Source of the DNA: Paramecium tetraurelia
Taxonomy: Eukaryota
Length of the DNA stretch: 64,000 bases
Assembly (NCBI GenBank): GCA_000165425.1
Contig: CT868017.1
Span: 62,001 to 126,000 of the forward strand
Direction of reading: 5' to 3'
In this document: in pieces, positions 39,221 to 52,536 of the stretch
Layout of the letters: each line of letters begins with the position of its first letter
Numbering within the stretch: the stretch's first letter is position 1
The notes under the pieces: generated by a model
Database searches by the model: none
What the model was told of the DNA's origin: nothing
The model's input: only the letters and a program-made list of their open reading frames with translations
Made by a program: the position numbers and the translations under genes

Positions 39221-42200
39221 ATGAACGATAACCATATACTTGAATTCTAAAATTTCCCTAAATCAATTCAATCAAAGATTCACTAAGACTACTTTTATGG
39301 GAGAAAATCGCTTTATTATCATGATAAAACATTTTATCGCTACATGAGTCAAAAATAAAGTTCAGACTAATACGAGAAATTTGATTAAAAAGAATTTAAC
39401 TTTATATGCTATGCACCGAATAATTATCTCCAAATAGATGCATCCCAGATTAGACTTAAGTTTTCTTTAAGAAACAAAGAGAGTTGTATGATTTTTATTT
39501 AGTTATTTTTGAGATAATTTAATTGGTTCTCTTCAAAACCTTAAATATTTGAATGAAGAAAATGAAGAAAAGAAACTTAAGGTGTGCGATTAAACTAACA
39601 AATTTCTCTGTCCATTTCATTTTGAAATCAAGCTTCCTTAAGCAATGGATGATTGGCAATTAGAAAATTTCTAAAAATAATTTAGAAATTATTATTGTGG
39701 AGTAAAATTAAGTTCTGGTATAACCTAACAAAATAAAGATTACATCTGTGTGAAAGATATATCAGAACCAAACTATCAATCATACGTATTCTCAATAATT
39801 TATTTAGTTATTGTTAAAATAAGATGTTAAAATAGGAGATATTAAATGTTTCGCCCTAAAGGATCACAATTACCCTAGATACTTTGTTGTGAGAGATAAT
39901 AAAAATAGATATTTTTTTGATAATAAAAACGGCGAATAAGAATTAACATTTGTCGTTGGAGTTGAAGAATAATAGATTATAAATCAATATCTTTTTTCAT
40001 ATTTTATTTTAGATGAACAAGACAAGGATTAGATTGAGGAATATAAAAATATTAAAAAAATATTGAAAGCCTATCAAAACGAACTTTAAGAATTAACTAA
40101 TACTTTAAGAGTTAAAGTTTCTTCATTCGACTTTGATTTAATCGTTCATAGCAATACTTTAAATTAATATGCTTTAAAATAGGGTAGTGAGTCAAACTAC
40201 GAAGGCATTTTTGATAATATGGATGATTAAATTTAAATATATGAAACCATTTTGTAATAATTATCGTTTGAGAATGGCGAATGGAGATTGAAAATTGATC
40301 CAAATGAAAATCTTATGTTTTGGTAAGAGGTCGAGCATTATCAATATTTTTATTTAAAAAAAGGAGAAAGTGCACTTATTAGATGCCCAAAGGCAAATAT
40401 AGATTTCTCATATATTGATACCATCCAAAAAGATAGTAATTAATAAAACAATACTGCGAAATAAGTTAATTAAGAATGATTTTTTATAAATAAATCAATA
40501 TTCATATATGTTCTAATCTATGAAATCATACTTTGAAATTGCCTTATTATTCTTGCCTAATAAAGTGTGTAATTACATTTCAATAACAAAGTCAGCATAT
40601 GAAATTGTTAATGTAATTCAATCTAAATTTCTGCCAGAATATCAATCAGTGATGGATGCTTAAAATTATTAAACTAATAATCCTTCATTGTATTCCTAAT
40701 TATTTAAAGGGTCAGTGAATTTAGAAACTATAAAAAGAAAATCAATCGCATTACAGTAATCTTGCTTAAAGAACATTTAATAGTTCTTATATAATTATCA
40801 ATTCACTTAAGAATTAAATATAATAAAAATCCGCGATGAATTTTATTCTAAAAATTTAAATTGTTGCATTATAGACTTAAATGTAATTTCAGCCAATTTA
40901 CCATATTATCTTGAGACTGTAGAAGTGAGATAATTCAATGAAGAATAATTAAATTAAACAATTAATCAACTCTCTAAATTTTTAATGGAGTATGTGGAGG
41001 GATAATTTCATTCAGAATCCATTATCAAGGAATTTTAACAAAACTTTTAAGATATTGTTAGGGACATTTATAAATCCATTATTTAGGTAGCCAAAAAATA
41101 ACATAAGGAGATTTATGATAAATTGACCAAAAAAATAAAGTAATTTTATAAAAATAATTTAAACAATTCTGCTTTAGATGGAGCTTGTAAAATAATTCAA
41201 GAAAACAATATTCCTTTATTTTAAATTAAGAAATTTATTCATAATTTTTTTGCTTAAAATTTGAAATATTTTAATGATGAATTAGAAGACTTCTACAAGT
41301 TTTAATTATCTCATGTTGTGATATTGAGGTATGTTTGCAAAATAATTGATCATTCATTATTTCGTTTGAAGTCTTCTCTTCTAATCTTTACGAAACAAGA
41401 AAAGATGCAATAAGAGCTTTAATTAAAAACTTAACACCTTTTCTATCAATATTTTGAGAAAAAAGACTTCCTCTTAATAAAAAATAAAATATTTGCTGCT
41501 AAACTGTTTTACTTATTTTTATAAGTTGATTTGGAATCAAGAGAATTCGGAACTATTTTAGATACACTCTCTTAATATGCTGAAATTACTAAAATTGATT
41601 ACTCATAATATGGAAGCGAATCTATAATAGAATTCAGGAAAGCATATCAAAATGAAATTTAATCGGCTAATCATTTTTGGTAAAAGGAAATTACAGAATA
41701 ATAAAATTTATAGTTAATTTTTGATTTATTTATTCTCTTAAATGGAACTCAATTTGTTAATGGTTAATTACTGTTTTAAGAATACTTATCAGCAAACAAA
41801 AATATTTTAATGAAGTTAATTAATTTGATGAATGATGGATATTATAGGTATTTTAACTGTAAATTAATCAAAACATTTGAGAAGAGAATCGGAGAAATCA
41901 GGAATTAAATATTTAATCAAATTGAAAAGTAGAAATAAATTGTGAAATTATCAGTAATCATTTAAGATAACAGATTCTTTATATCAATATTTGATGCTTA
42001 TCAATAAAGTTAAGAATAAGTATTTAATAGGAATTAAATGTATTTTAATATAAAAAATTCACTTATTGATAATTAAATTAATCAACTTTAGAGCTTATTG
42101 ATTTAAATATAGAGAAATTACTTAAGTAAAGTAAGTATTCCAGAAAAGATGCATTTTGAAAGTATTTAATCTAAATTAGAGCATTCATCTGTAGTCACTA

Positions 42201-42912
42201 TCTTCATTTCAGGATTTACTGATATAAAAGTTTAGAAGAGTATCTTAGAAGGATTAAAGGATTAAAATCTTATAGTTTTGAATTGGAATAATCCAAAAGA
42301 AGACAACGATGTAGGAGAGAACTTAAGTAAGGTTGTTAAAGAATTTATTTCAAATTCTCCTTTAGAAATAGCAGCGAATCTATTAAAAGCCTACTCTAAT
42401 GCTTCCTTTGAAAAATCATGTTAAGAAGCCAAAAGAGTAGGAAAATACTTGGCATACTTATTAATTAAAAACAAAATCTTTGGTGATTGCTAGATCAACA
42501 TTATTGCTCATTCAGTAGGTTCATTAGTAATGTATGAAATGATGAAAGAACTAGATAATATGTAAAATACAAATCTTATAATTAATGAAATATTGATATT
42601 AGGAGGAATAGTAGATATAAGGAAGCTTCAAAAACGAAGATGGAATTAAGTTGAAGGTAGGATTTGCAATGTGTATACCTAAAATGATTTGGTGCTGAAG
42701 TTAATGTACAATTCATTTAGATTACAAGATATATTCTGTGGTAAATAGATAATATATAATTAGGATTGAATGAAGTGAAATAAGGATTCAGAAGAATTGA
42801 GAATTATAATATGAGTAATTTAATATAAGGACATAATGATTATGGGGTCCACATTCAAAATATATTAATTCAAACAGACTTTTAATAATATTTAAGATTT
42901 TTATATGAATGA
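39221..42912 (+). CDS. Large protein with C-terminal DUF726/TMCO4-like alpha/beta hydrolase domain
   Basis: VTIFISGF, EAKRVGKYLA, INIIAHSVGSLV (nucleophile elbow), GRICNVYTQNDLVLKLMY, IENYNMSNLIQGHNDY. About 1200 aa with introns. Confidence 0.7.
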
Positions 42913-42980
42913 TTGACTATTTATTTGATTTTATCAAAGAAATTTTTGAGATTATTATTATATAAAAGCTTAATATTGAA

Positions 42981-44539
42981 TCAAACTTGGAAGGATTTTA
43001 AGTCATCTGCAACTGTTAATTCAAAACCGGTGTTGGCTCTGACCCACTCGAGTGTAGTATCGCTTGCAATTTCAGTTAATACTAATTATCCATCTCTTTT
43101 AACAAAGACAGCCTTATCTGTAATGACTTAGCTAACTTTATTCATTCCTGTTGCTGGGTATTGTAAGTCCTTAACAAATTTGACTTCTCCTTTGGCAGTG
43201 TGTTCCATCACAACAAGCACTTTTGATCCTGATGCAACCAAATCCATTGCTCCTCCCATTCCTTTGACCATTTTTCCAGGAATGACCCAATTAGCAATAT
43301 CACCTTATTTAGTAATTTGCATAGCTCCCAAAACAGTCATATCCAAGTGACCTCCTCTGATGATACCAAAGGATTCACTACTTTCAAAAGTAGTTGCTCC
43401 TGGATTGAGAGTGCATGATTCTTTTCCTGCATTTTAGAGATCTCCCAATTCTTGTCCTAATTTAGGATAGGGTCCAACTCCAATAGCTCCAATTTCTGTA
43501 TGGAAATGGATAGTCATGCTTTTATCAAGGAAGGCTGGAATAAGAGTGGGTATTCCAATGCCCAAGTTTACATACATTCCATCTTTAAATTCTTAGGCTG
43601 CTCTTTTGGCAATTCTATTTCTGTTTTGATTCAATTTTCCTTATGGTTTGATATCTAAACAATATAATCAAAGTTTTACCCTTGTGCTTGTCATATACAC
43701 TCTAGTCATAAACAAGTCTTTCAACTGTCTTTAAGTAATTATTCCCTTGATAGAGATAATCAACATAAATTCCATTAACGTGGGCCTCATCGAAACCAAA
43801 ACTGCCTACTGGCACAATTGTATCGACTTCAGCAATAACTACCTTAGCTGCCTTCACCATATCTTAATTGAAGTTTCTAGCTGTCCCTACAAACTTGAGA
43901 TTACCATTGGTATCAGCCATGTTTGCCTTAATAATGGCGTAGTCTCCCCAAATAGAGTCTTCTCTGATGTATTTCTTTCCATTAAAGTATTCAACCTAAG
44001 TATAATGAAATTTTCATACAGGTTTTGGTTTAGATTCAATTTCTACACGATCACCTCCTTTGTGGTATTTAATAGGAATGCCTCCCTTTTCAACAACTGT
44101 GTCTGTACCAGTGTGTGTATAAAATGCAGGGATACCAGCACCTGCAGCTCTCAACTTCTCAGCCAAGGTGCCTTATGGTACTAATTCTAATTCCAATGTA
44201 CCATCAAAGTATTATCTATTGTTAGGATATTATTAATTACCTGGCTAGATTGTGATTCTCTCCTGCATATGATGCGATCACTCTCTTCAATTATCCATTA
44301 TTCAAAAGCAATCCTAATCCCAAATCCGTTGTTCCGCAATTGTTACTTACTACAGTCAAATTCTTAGTTCCAGCCTCCTTCAAAGCGTTGATGCTGCATT
44401 CTGGAATACCGCATAATCCAAATCCACCGACAAGCACAGTAGATCCTGCGGGAATCTGTTTAATGACATTTAAGTCCTTTATTATTCGCACATAATATCT
44501 GCCTACATGAGTGAGAGAGGATATCGGTTTGACGTACAT
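42981..44539 (-). CDS. OXCT1: Succinyl-CoA:3-ketoacid CoA transferase (SCOT), mitochondrial
   Basis: [86 protein letters not shown]. Confidence 0.96.
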
Positions 44540-45169
44540 GAATTTTGAATTTTTATTATAATAAATTCAAGATATTTTCGAGAGGATATAAATAATCATT
44601 ATAATACGTAATATATTTATGGCATAATATCTTTTTATAAAATATATAATAATTATTATAAAAATTATAATAATTTATTAAATTTATTTAATTGTTGCTA
44701 TTTATTAAATATAAAATTATTCAATGTGGAAATGTTTATTGTTATGATATTTCAAATAAATATTTCTTTACTGTCATTTCTTTCTGGAGCTGTGATTTTA
44801 TTTCTCTTCTGGTTGGTATCATGTTTTTAATCTGAGTATAAAAATATAGGATGGCTTACTTAAATGCTATTTTTAAAGTTAATTTATGCGTTTTATATTA
44901 ACTTTCTTTATGTTATTGGTTAGATTGTTTTATTTAAAGTTAATAGTAAGATTACAATTAATAGGTATATATACAATTCATTCTCATATTCTTATAAAAC
45001 TATTTATTATAGTCTCTAATTTCCTAGTTAACTTTCTGTATTCTTTATCTGATTCAAAAGAGATAATCAAACAAGGATTAATATATCATTTAATGAGAAA
45101 ATGGAAAAATGATAAAATATAAATAAAATATAATAGTTAATTTATTTGGAAAAAAATAAATAAAAAAAT

Positions 45170-45240
45170 TGCACTGTACGAGACTCGAACTCGTGTCACA
45201 AGGATGGCAACCTTGTATACTACCCTTATACTAACAGTGC
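45170..45240 (-). tRNA. trnG-GCC: tRNA-Gly(GCC)
   Basis: Minus strand GCACTGT...ACAGTGCA acceptor stem, anticodon arm CAAGG-TT-GCC-AT-CCTTG, GTTCGAGTC T-loop, followed by oligo-T. Confidence 0.96.
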
Positions 45241-45715
45241 TTGATAATATTTCCAGGTTATCTATCTATAAAAATAGGAATAGGCATTTTGGATTGCTAA
45301 ATTCGAGATTGAGACTATAATAATAAAGTACACTAATGGACATAGGAATAAAGAATACAAAAAGTTTCATAGTTAATTTAATAATTTCTATCATATTTTG
45401 TTCTCACATCTGGGGTGAAGAACAATTCCGATTAGTATACTAACTAAATCAATCCATTAAAGAAATGAGTAAGATAATTAAAAAAGAAGATCCAAAGTAA
45501 TTTGATTATTCGAGACTTAAATTGTTTAGACAATTACCAATTTGAATTAGTAACATAAATGGAAAAGATTTATGAATCTTATGATGAAGCGATAAAATAT
45601 GAAAATTTATTGAGTAATCATATTGTACATTAAGATGAGTGGGTATTGTTTGATAAAATAATTTAAAATTGAATTCGTTTTAACATCATAAATATTTAAA
45701 TATTGATATCTTGAA

Positions 45716-46650
45716 ATGACTGAGAATAGAGAGAATATATAATTGCAATTATACTGCGGCAACAAATGTTAATTAGGCAGAAATATCAGATGATGAAGAT
45801 TAAATTTAAACTGTTGTTGAGAAGACTTCAGATTAAGAAACTTAGCCATCCTCCCAACAATCAGAATAGAATAAGGAGTTCAAGAATTAAGCAAAAAACC
45901 CTATCATAAAAACAATAAGCCAGAATGGGTTAGTTATAGAAGAAACAAGCAGAATAAATATAAAAAGAGCAATAAGCAGCATTAGATGCAAGAAGAATTA
46001 AACCTAGTGTAATGATGCAATGTAATTTTAGAAAAACAATTTTTAAGGTTAATTTACAATAGTGACGATGAAAACGAATAATAAGAATAATAGGATGAGA
46101 AAACTTAAGACGATTCTACAACATAATAAGTACAAGAATAACAGGTATAGGGAAGGCAAGAATAAGTAGACTAATATCAAAGTAATGTATTGTTGATAAT
46201 GCAAAGAATTGAAATAAAAGCAGTAGTAGGAAGATAAATATTAATAGCCAAAAAATAAGGAATAAAAAAGAAAGAGACTGAAGATCTAGATACAATTTTA
46301 AATGAATTAGGTTTTACTTAAAAAGGGGATTCTATGGAAGAAGGAGTTCAAGAGAAAAGAAGAAAAAGAAAAGGAAAAATTAAGATTCAGTACCTGCAAA
46401 AAAAGAACCATAACAACCTTAGTAGTAATAATAATAAATCCAATAATAAACTGAATAAACAAATAACAACCAGAAAGCTGACATAAAAAAAGGTTTTAGC
46501 AGAAAAAGCGAAGAAACATTAAGCTGGCGCACATTAAGTGGATAAAGTATATTAAAAGATATTGTATAGGACTTAGAGAGAGTGAAACAAGAAATTGAAA
46601 AGAGAAACTAGAAGTCGTAAAAGAACAAGAAATAAGATTTAGATCTTTGA
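45716..46650 (+). pseudogene. Charged low-complexity protein gene with apparent frame disruptions (decaying paralog or sequence errors)
   Basis: Protein-like segments NQAEISDDED, EDLDTILNELG and DLERVKQEIEKR-...-TGA. No in-frame ATG for the 5' part, and apparent indels in A-runs. Confidence 0.35.
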
Positions 46651-46716
46651 AGGGGTTGATGATATATATACATTAATTATAATTATCTTTTATTGTTTAA
46701 TTAACGAATAATTGCA

Positions 46717-47180
46717 ATGCATTTAGAGAAGCATGCGAAGGCACTCATAGATTACCAATATAGTTCAGACGATGATGAAATTGGAGATTATAAAAAGAAA
46801 GCTATGAAATATAGAAATGAATTCAATGACACAGATGAATAAGTTCGAAGATTGAAAAAAGAAAACTTGCACAATGTAAATCATATTTATGAATGTAAAT
46901 ATAGAAATAAACCATTACTGAATTATTAGCAGATTTAGAAGTACATCAAAAGAGAATCATTTTGTTAGAGTAGGAACTATTGAATTAAAAGAAATTAGCA
47001 TAAGATTCCCAAGATCAACTTAAGAAAGCCAAAATCAAGAAATAAGAAGATAGAATCTTAAAGGAATAGAAAAAATTTCAAGAGAAATTCGCTTTGTAAA
47101 CAAATGATGCACTTGAGAAATTAAGATAACATTTTGATTAGACTTTGCAACAACTTACACCTAAACCTGATAACAAATGA
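46717..47180 (+). CDS. Small hypothetical coiled-coil protein
   Basis: MHLEKHAKALIDYQYSSDDDEIGDYKKK..., one inferred intron, TGA at 47178. Confidence 0.65.
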
Positions 47181-47204
47181 ATGTAGTTCTATTGATATAT
47201 TATA

Positions 47205-48765
47205 TCATGATAATTCAAAATGATTTCTTCTTAAATCATTAGCTTACAATTTATTCAAAACATTTGGATTTCCATCCAAAGGTCTGTGGATATCATGTGT
47301 TTATGATATTAAATCTCCTCCATTTTGTCCTAGTGTAAAATGTTGCGATCTATCTCAATAACTATCGAAAATACTTTAGATTAGCACTAACTAGAGGATC
47401 TAATTTATTAGGAGATCCTTATTATTTCTTGAGAGTCTCCATCTAGGTAGTCACAAACGTATTCCTATCACTTTTGCAATTAAATCCGAAATGAGATGAT
47501 TTCAAGTCTTTCAAAAGCTTTTCAGATAATTGAGCAGCCTTTCCAGATGGATTTTTGAAACTGAAAAAATCATAAATTTATAAAAATACTTGCATTACGT
47601 CTCTGAAGTATATTGTATATTCACAGTTCCAACTTTGAAATTGGACCCCCTGTCCATCTACTAATCACGGGGAAGAGAATTCGATGATTTTTAAGGAGGT
47701 TTCATTGTACTTGAGTAGTAAGTTTCTGTCATATGATTCATATATCTTGGATCTCCAATTGTAAAATGACTTCCTTGAAGTGCTGATGTATTATTAACTA
47801 AATTGACTTTATTTTCTGAATAAGGTCTATAATGAGACATACTTTCTGATGAATATGTCTAGCTATCCTAACCCAAAATGAAATGAGTCGCTAATAAGAA
47901 TGTTGTTTTGTTTTACCTCTCAAATTTTATCTATTTTCTTCAGCAAAAGGATTTGATTATATTTCTTACCTCTAAAAATATTCTTAATTAATTGTTTAAT
48001 ATTCAGGATTAGCTGTTCCTAGATTAATGTGCGTTGTCTAAAACCCTGCCTTAAAGGAAGCAGAGGGTCCTCCTTCTTTTCTATTGTAGTATTCTTGTTA
48101 GGCAGTAACCATCGGAAGTTTCTAACAAGTTTAAAATTGAGTTATTACTTCTTTCCCAAGAAAAATATTTGAAACTCTTAGTAATCTTGCTTTTTCAGCC
48201 AGATCTTGTTTTGGTTCTAATTATTGAGGTTAATATTGTTCATAGTAATTAGTCTACATCATTTTATGAGAGGTTTCTGCGAAATTGTGATGATGTGATA
48301 TCATCTTATTCTTTTGAACTCATGATATTCAAATAAGAGTACTTTCTTGTTCATTCTATAAACCAGGCTATAATGGTTTTTCGTTATACATTGCCCTACT
48401 CATAGAGACTTTATGAATTTCTTGATTGCCAAGCACAAAATGGTTAGTTCTTAAATCATTTTTCTATTCTTGATTCAGGACAGCAGGTTGACCAGTTTAC
48501 TTTCCCTAAAAATCAGTTTTAAAAATGGTATTGTATAAGGCTTTAATCTTAGCGCATATTAAAATTACGTTTAGATTCTCCCAGATGGAAATGAACTCCT
48601 TTCAAATTTAATTTATCACCAACTCCACTTGCTTGAAAATTTGCTTAATCTCCTTGAAAATTCATTTTCATAACAGATGTGAATTGATTCTCTAAAGAAA
48701 TTCTAAAATCCTTTACTTTAATCCGTTTGCCCTAATTGAAAATGGTTGCTTCTCAACTGTTGCAT
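47205..48765 (-). CDS. Protein with repeated L-x-x-x-H-F-x-L-G motifs (candidate axonemal microtubule-binding protein)
   Basis: MQQLRSNHFQLG, LKGVHFHLG, LRTNHFVLG, LATHFILG, LQGSHFTIG, DRSQHFTLG, LRRNHFELS-TGA. Confidence 0.7.
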
Positions 48766-48973
48766 TTATATAAATTATAATATTCATTTATTTTTGGAAT
48801 CCTTCATTCACCCACTGACATTTAAGATTTTTGAATGATTTAAGCAAAGAAAGCAGCAATTCTATTTATTAAAAAGTCCTATAAATGGAGTTAAATTTAT
48901 TATATATATATATATTTGAAAACTAATTCTAGTTATATAAGTTCTTAATTGTGTTAATAAAATAAATTAATAC

Positions 48974-49270
48974 TCATTGTTTAATTGGATCATTCATGCT
49001 ATGTTAAGGTTAGGCTTTAAAACGATATCTCCCATTCGGCTATAATTTTCCTGATATCAAATGATTTTCTAAGAATTCGCGAGCTTCTTCTCCAAAAAAA
49101 ATGTGATTCTGTATTTTGATTTAATCAGTCTCATTTGCATTTTCTTTGATTTTATTTCGACATTCGATTCTGACTCTATGAAACATTTCTGGATCCCCAT
49201 TGAATGTTTTCATCATAGTCTTGAGCATCCTTCTATAAAAAAGCAAAGTCCCTTTATAAATATTACTCAT
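48974..49270 (-). CDS. LYRM7: LYR-motif protein, complex III assembly factor LYRM7/MZM1-like
   Basis: MSNIYKGTLLFYRRMLKTMMKTFNGDPEMFHRVRIECRNKIKENANETD...EEAREFLENHLISG. Confidence 0.75.
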
Positions 49271-49291
49271 TAAATTTATTAATAAAGAATT

Positions 49292-50393
49292 ATGTAAAAA
49301 AAGAAAAACAAGGAAAAGTATGAAAAACATTAGTAAATGATGAAGGATAAATAATAATAGAGATAAACAAAAAAATAACACAAAAAACAGAGAGGATAAG
49401 CTCGTTCCCTTAAAGGTATGATAAATAAAGGAAAATTGCATAGGCTATGCTAAACATTTTTAAGAGTTTTAAGATGAAATGAATCAATTAGGACTTTAAA
49501 TAAGAGATGTTGAAGGGGATGGAAACTGCCTCTTTAGATCAATAGCAGATGTATTACATGGAGATGAAAGATATCATAAATAATTAAGAAAATTAGCTGT
49601 TTAAACCATGTAGGAGAATTAGGAATTCTTTGGACTTTTCATTGAAGATGATATGACATTCAACTAATACTTGAAAGAGATGTCTAATGATGGAGAATGG
49701 GGAGGCAATTTGGAATTGCAAGCTCTATCTTAGGCTCTGGATGTGAACTTTTTTATTCATATGAAAGGGAGACCCTGCATGATTATTAAATCAATGACTG
49801 ATGAAAGACCTCTAAATGAAGTAAAATTTTGATCATAGAATTATTAGAAAGACGCACTTCATTTAGCCTATCATTTAATTGAAAATGTTGCTGAGCACTA
49901 CAGTTCAGTTAGAATGTTAGGAGATGATAGTAATAAGAGAGCGGAACCAATTCCATTGGATATATTTGAAGGATTATTGGATACTTTTTAATAAGCTCCT
50001 TTAGGACATGATGATAACTTTGAGTAATACGAGGACTTAGAATAATTTGAGGATCCTGAAGAAAGAGAATATTTCTAGGCCTTAAGAGAGTAAGAAGAAG
50101 CTGAAAAAGCTGCAAAAGAGGCTTTGAGAAAAGCAGAACTTTAAAAATATTAATTGAAATAGAAGAAAAATAAGAAATGCAACTGTGGCTCAAATAAAAC
50201 ATATAAAGACTGTTGTATGAATATTGACTTAGAGAAAGCAGAGAAATAGAAATAACCAAAATAATAATAGCAATAATAATAACAATAATAATAATAATAA
50301 TAATAATAACAATAGCAATAACAATAACAATAACAATAACAATAACAATCTCATTCAGAAGGACCTATGAAAAAATAAGCTGTTTTTATATGA
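49292..50393 (+). CDS. OTU-domain deubiquitinase (OTUD3-like) with SEC-C zinc motif and poly-Q
   Basis: RDVEGDGNCLFRSIAD, WGGNLELQAL, HLAYH...EHYSSVR, KKCNCGSNKTYKDCC. One intron. Confidence 0.9.
50262..50348 (+). repeat. Poly-glutamine tract (29 codons) in the OTU protein
   Basis: Uninterrupted in-frame TAA/CAA/TAG run. Confidence 0.9.
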
Positions 50394-50415
50394 TATTTTA
50401 AATTAATTACTATTC

Positions 50416-50751
50416 ATGAATTATTATAATAAAAAAATAGCTGTAAAAAATGATGAACATACATCTCTACCACAAATATATAATCACAGATCATTAAGTT
50501 TAAATAAAGAGATTATAAGCTCCAAGGATGTCAATCATAAAAAGTACTTTTCCTTCGTACATTTAAATTAAAAATCTTAAGATAGATATTAATAGAAACC
50601 TTAGCATATGAGAAATATGTAAAGAAAAAACTAAATGCTGAAATTGCAGTTAAAAAGGGTATCTAAATAAATAAAGAAGGTTTCACCACCTCGTTTGTAG
50701 TATGAAACTTTAGAAGAGATATACTTTATTAGATATAAAAAAATGACATGA
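50416..50751 (+). CDS. Small basic hypothetical protein
   Basis: Intronless 111-codon code-6 ORF MNYYNKKIAVKNDEHTSLPQI...YKKMT-TGA that fills the gap between its neighbours. Confidence 0.55.
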
Positions 50752-50779
50752 TCCTTATATTAATTTTTTAATATTTTAT

Positions 50780-51795
50780 TCACTTCTTTTTTTTGCTTTT
50801 CTTCTTCTTCTTGGGTTTTCTCTTCTTTGTTAGTGATTTTAACTTATCAGTAAGGGGTTTGGATATTTAATCTGAAATTTCAATAAAGAAGATGGATTTA
50901 TTTTTTTCGATTAATGGAATTATTTTTGTGGCATCTAAATTATAAATATCAAGATATACCTTCATCGCTAAGTAAATTAAATTTAAGATCATAATATCCT
51001 AGAGTTTTATTTAATTCGAAGGTAGAAAGAATTTTATTTATTAAGGTTAAATCGCTTGGATCAGAATGAAATTGATTGTCTGCTAACTTAATTCTTTCCA
51101 AAGTATTATTGATTTCTAATGCTCTAAATAATTCATATGCTCCTTCATTTTTGAGTCGATTTCCACACAATTTCAATTTATATAACTTGCTATTAACATT
51201 CGCCAATATATCCTATAGAGATTTTGCCCCATCAGCCTCTATGCCACAATAATTCAATGCCAGACTTTCCAAGGTGTTATTCATAGCCAACCCTTTAGTC
51301 AGCTCAGCCAATCCTTCTGAACCAATTTGATTGTGATCCAATTTCAGTTTTACTAATTTACTTTCGCACTTCGGATGGAGTATGTCTGCTAAGAATTTAC
51401 ACCCTACAATAATGGATATGCTGAATACCTAAAACACCTATTTGATTATCTAAAAGGTCTAACACTTCAAGCAATCGAACTTTATCAATATACAAACATA
51501 TTGTTCTGACTCCTTCATCTTAGCATTTGACTCTCCATAATCTTAACTATTTTAAATGTTTATAGCCTATTTCAGTAAATGATTCCATCATAGCTCTAAC
51601 ACCAACAGGTCCCATTTCTTCCCACAGTTTTACATTTTATAAATGTTCTCCTTCTGAACATACAGCTTCTAATCTTTCCTTAAATATTTTGCAAAGAGGA
51701 ACTCCATTAATTTCACATCGCTTCCGATATAATTTATTTAATTGCTCTGTTGAGAAATCCTCTACCTGATCTCCCTTTTTCTTTTTATCTCCCAT
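50780..51795 (-). CDS. Ribonuclease-inhibitor-type leucine-rich repeat protein
   Basis: LEVLDLLDNQIG, LVKLKLDHNQIGSEG, LESLALNYCGIEADG, LYKLKLCGNRLKNEG, LERIKLADNQF repeats. Lys-rich termini. Confidence 0.85.
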
Positions 51796-52536
51796 TTAAT
51801 ATAAAAATTAATAGTAAATTTTTCTATTTTAATTTCCTGGATTCCTTTAGGATTTCATTAGTTCACCATTTCGCTATAATAGTAAATATCAGTAAAAGGA
51901 AATAAAAATGGATAATTTTCGATGGCATTTAGAAATTTAGATAACATAAGGAAGTTATAATTTGTACATTTGTTTACAAAATATAGTCTACATTAATAAT
52001 ACAGTAGTTAGGGTTTGCTTTTATTACATTTTGGCCAATCTTCTTAAAGATTCTGATCAGTAAATTAGTTAACGTACTACTTTAATAAAATTATGAAAAA
52101 ATTGAGATAAGTAACTTAAGAAACTAGTTAAAACTATTTGTAATTTTTATTTACAAGCGCATTAGAAATGAAAAACTGCTGATTCAAATAGGTTTTTGAT
52201 TATTAATTTGAATACAGAATAATTCCAGTTAATTTATTTTTTCTGGGCCATTAAAATAATACATTTATTTAATAGATTATCACAATTTATTTGGAGAGAT
52301 TATAAAAATAGTTATGATATTTTAGAATATTCTTGAATTATAATATTATTTAATTTAATAAAAATAATGAATATAATAAGATTTATTTATAAATAATTTG
52401 AAAATGTTGGTTCTAATTTGTTTTTTAGTTATAAGAAATTAGAACATTCTATAGTATAACAGTTGAGGAGATTAAATTGTATGGAATGAAATTTATGCAA
52501 TTCATAATGTTTAATTGAATATTAGTTAAATAAATA

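Noticed and set aside
45337..45544. Short ORF MDIGIKNTKSF... just upstream of tRNA-Gly
   Set aside because: About 69 codons with no recognisable motif. ORFs of this length arise by chance with a single stop codon.
31980..50348. Both long poly-Q tracts being exactly 29 codons
   Set aside because: They have different codon patterns and lie in unrelated genes, so this is treated as coincidence.
17223..51795. Functional cluster of ciliary/cytoskeletal genes (AK7, PKD-like, XMAP215, kinesin-2, LRR) or of mitochondrial genes
   Set aside because: These classes are abundant in ciliate genomes and are interspersed here with unrelated genes in mixed orientations. There is no evidence of clustering beyond chance.
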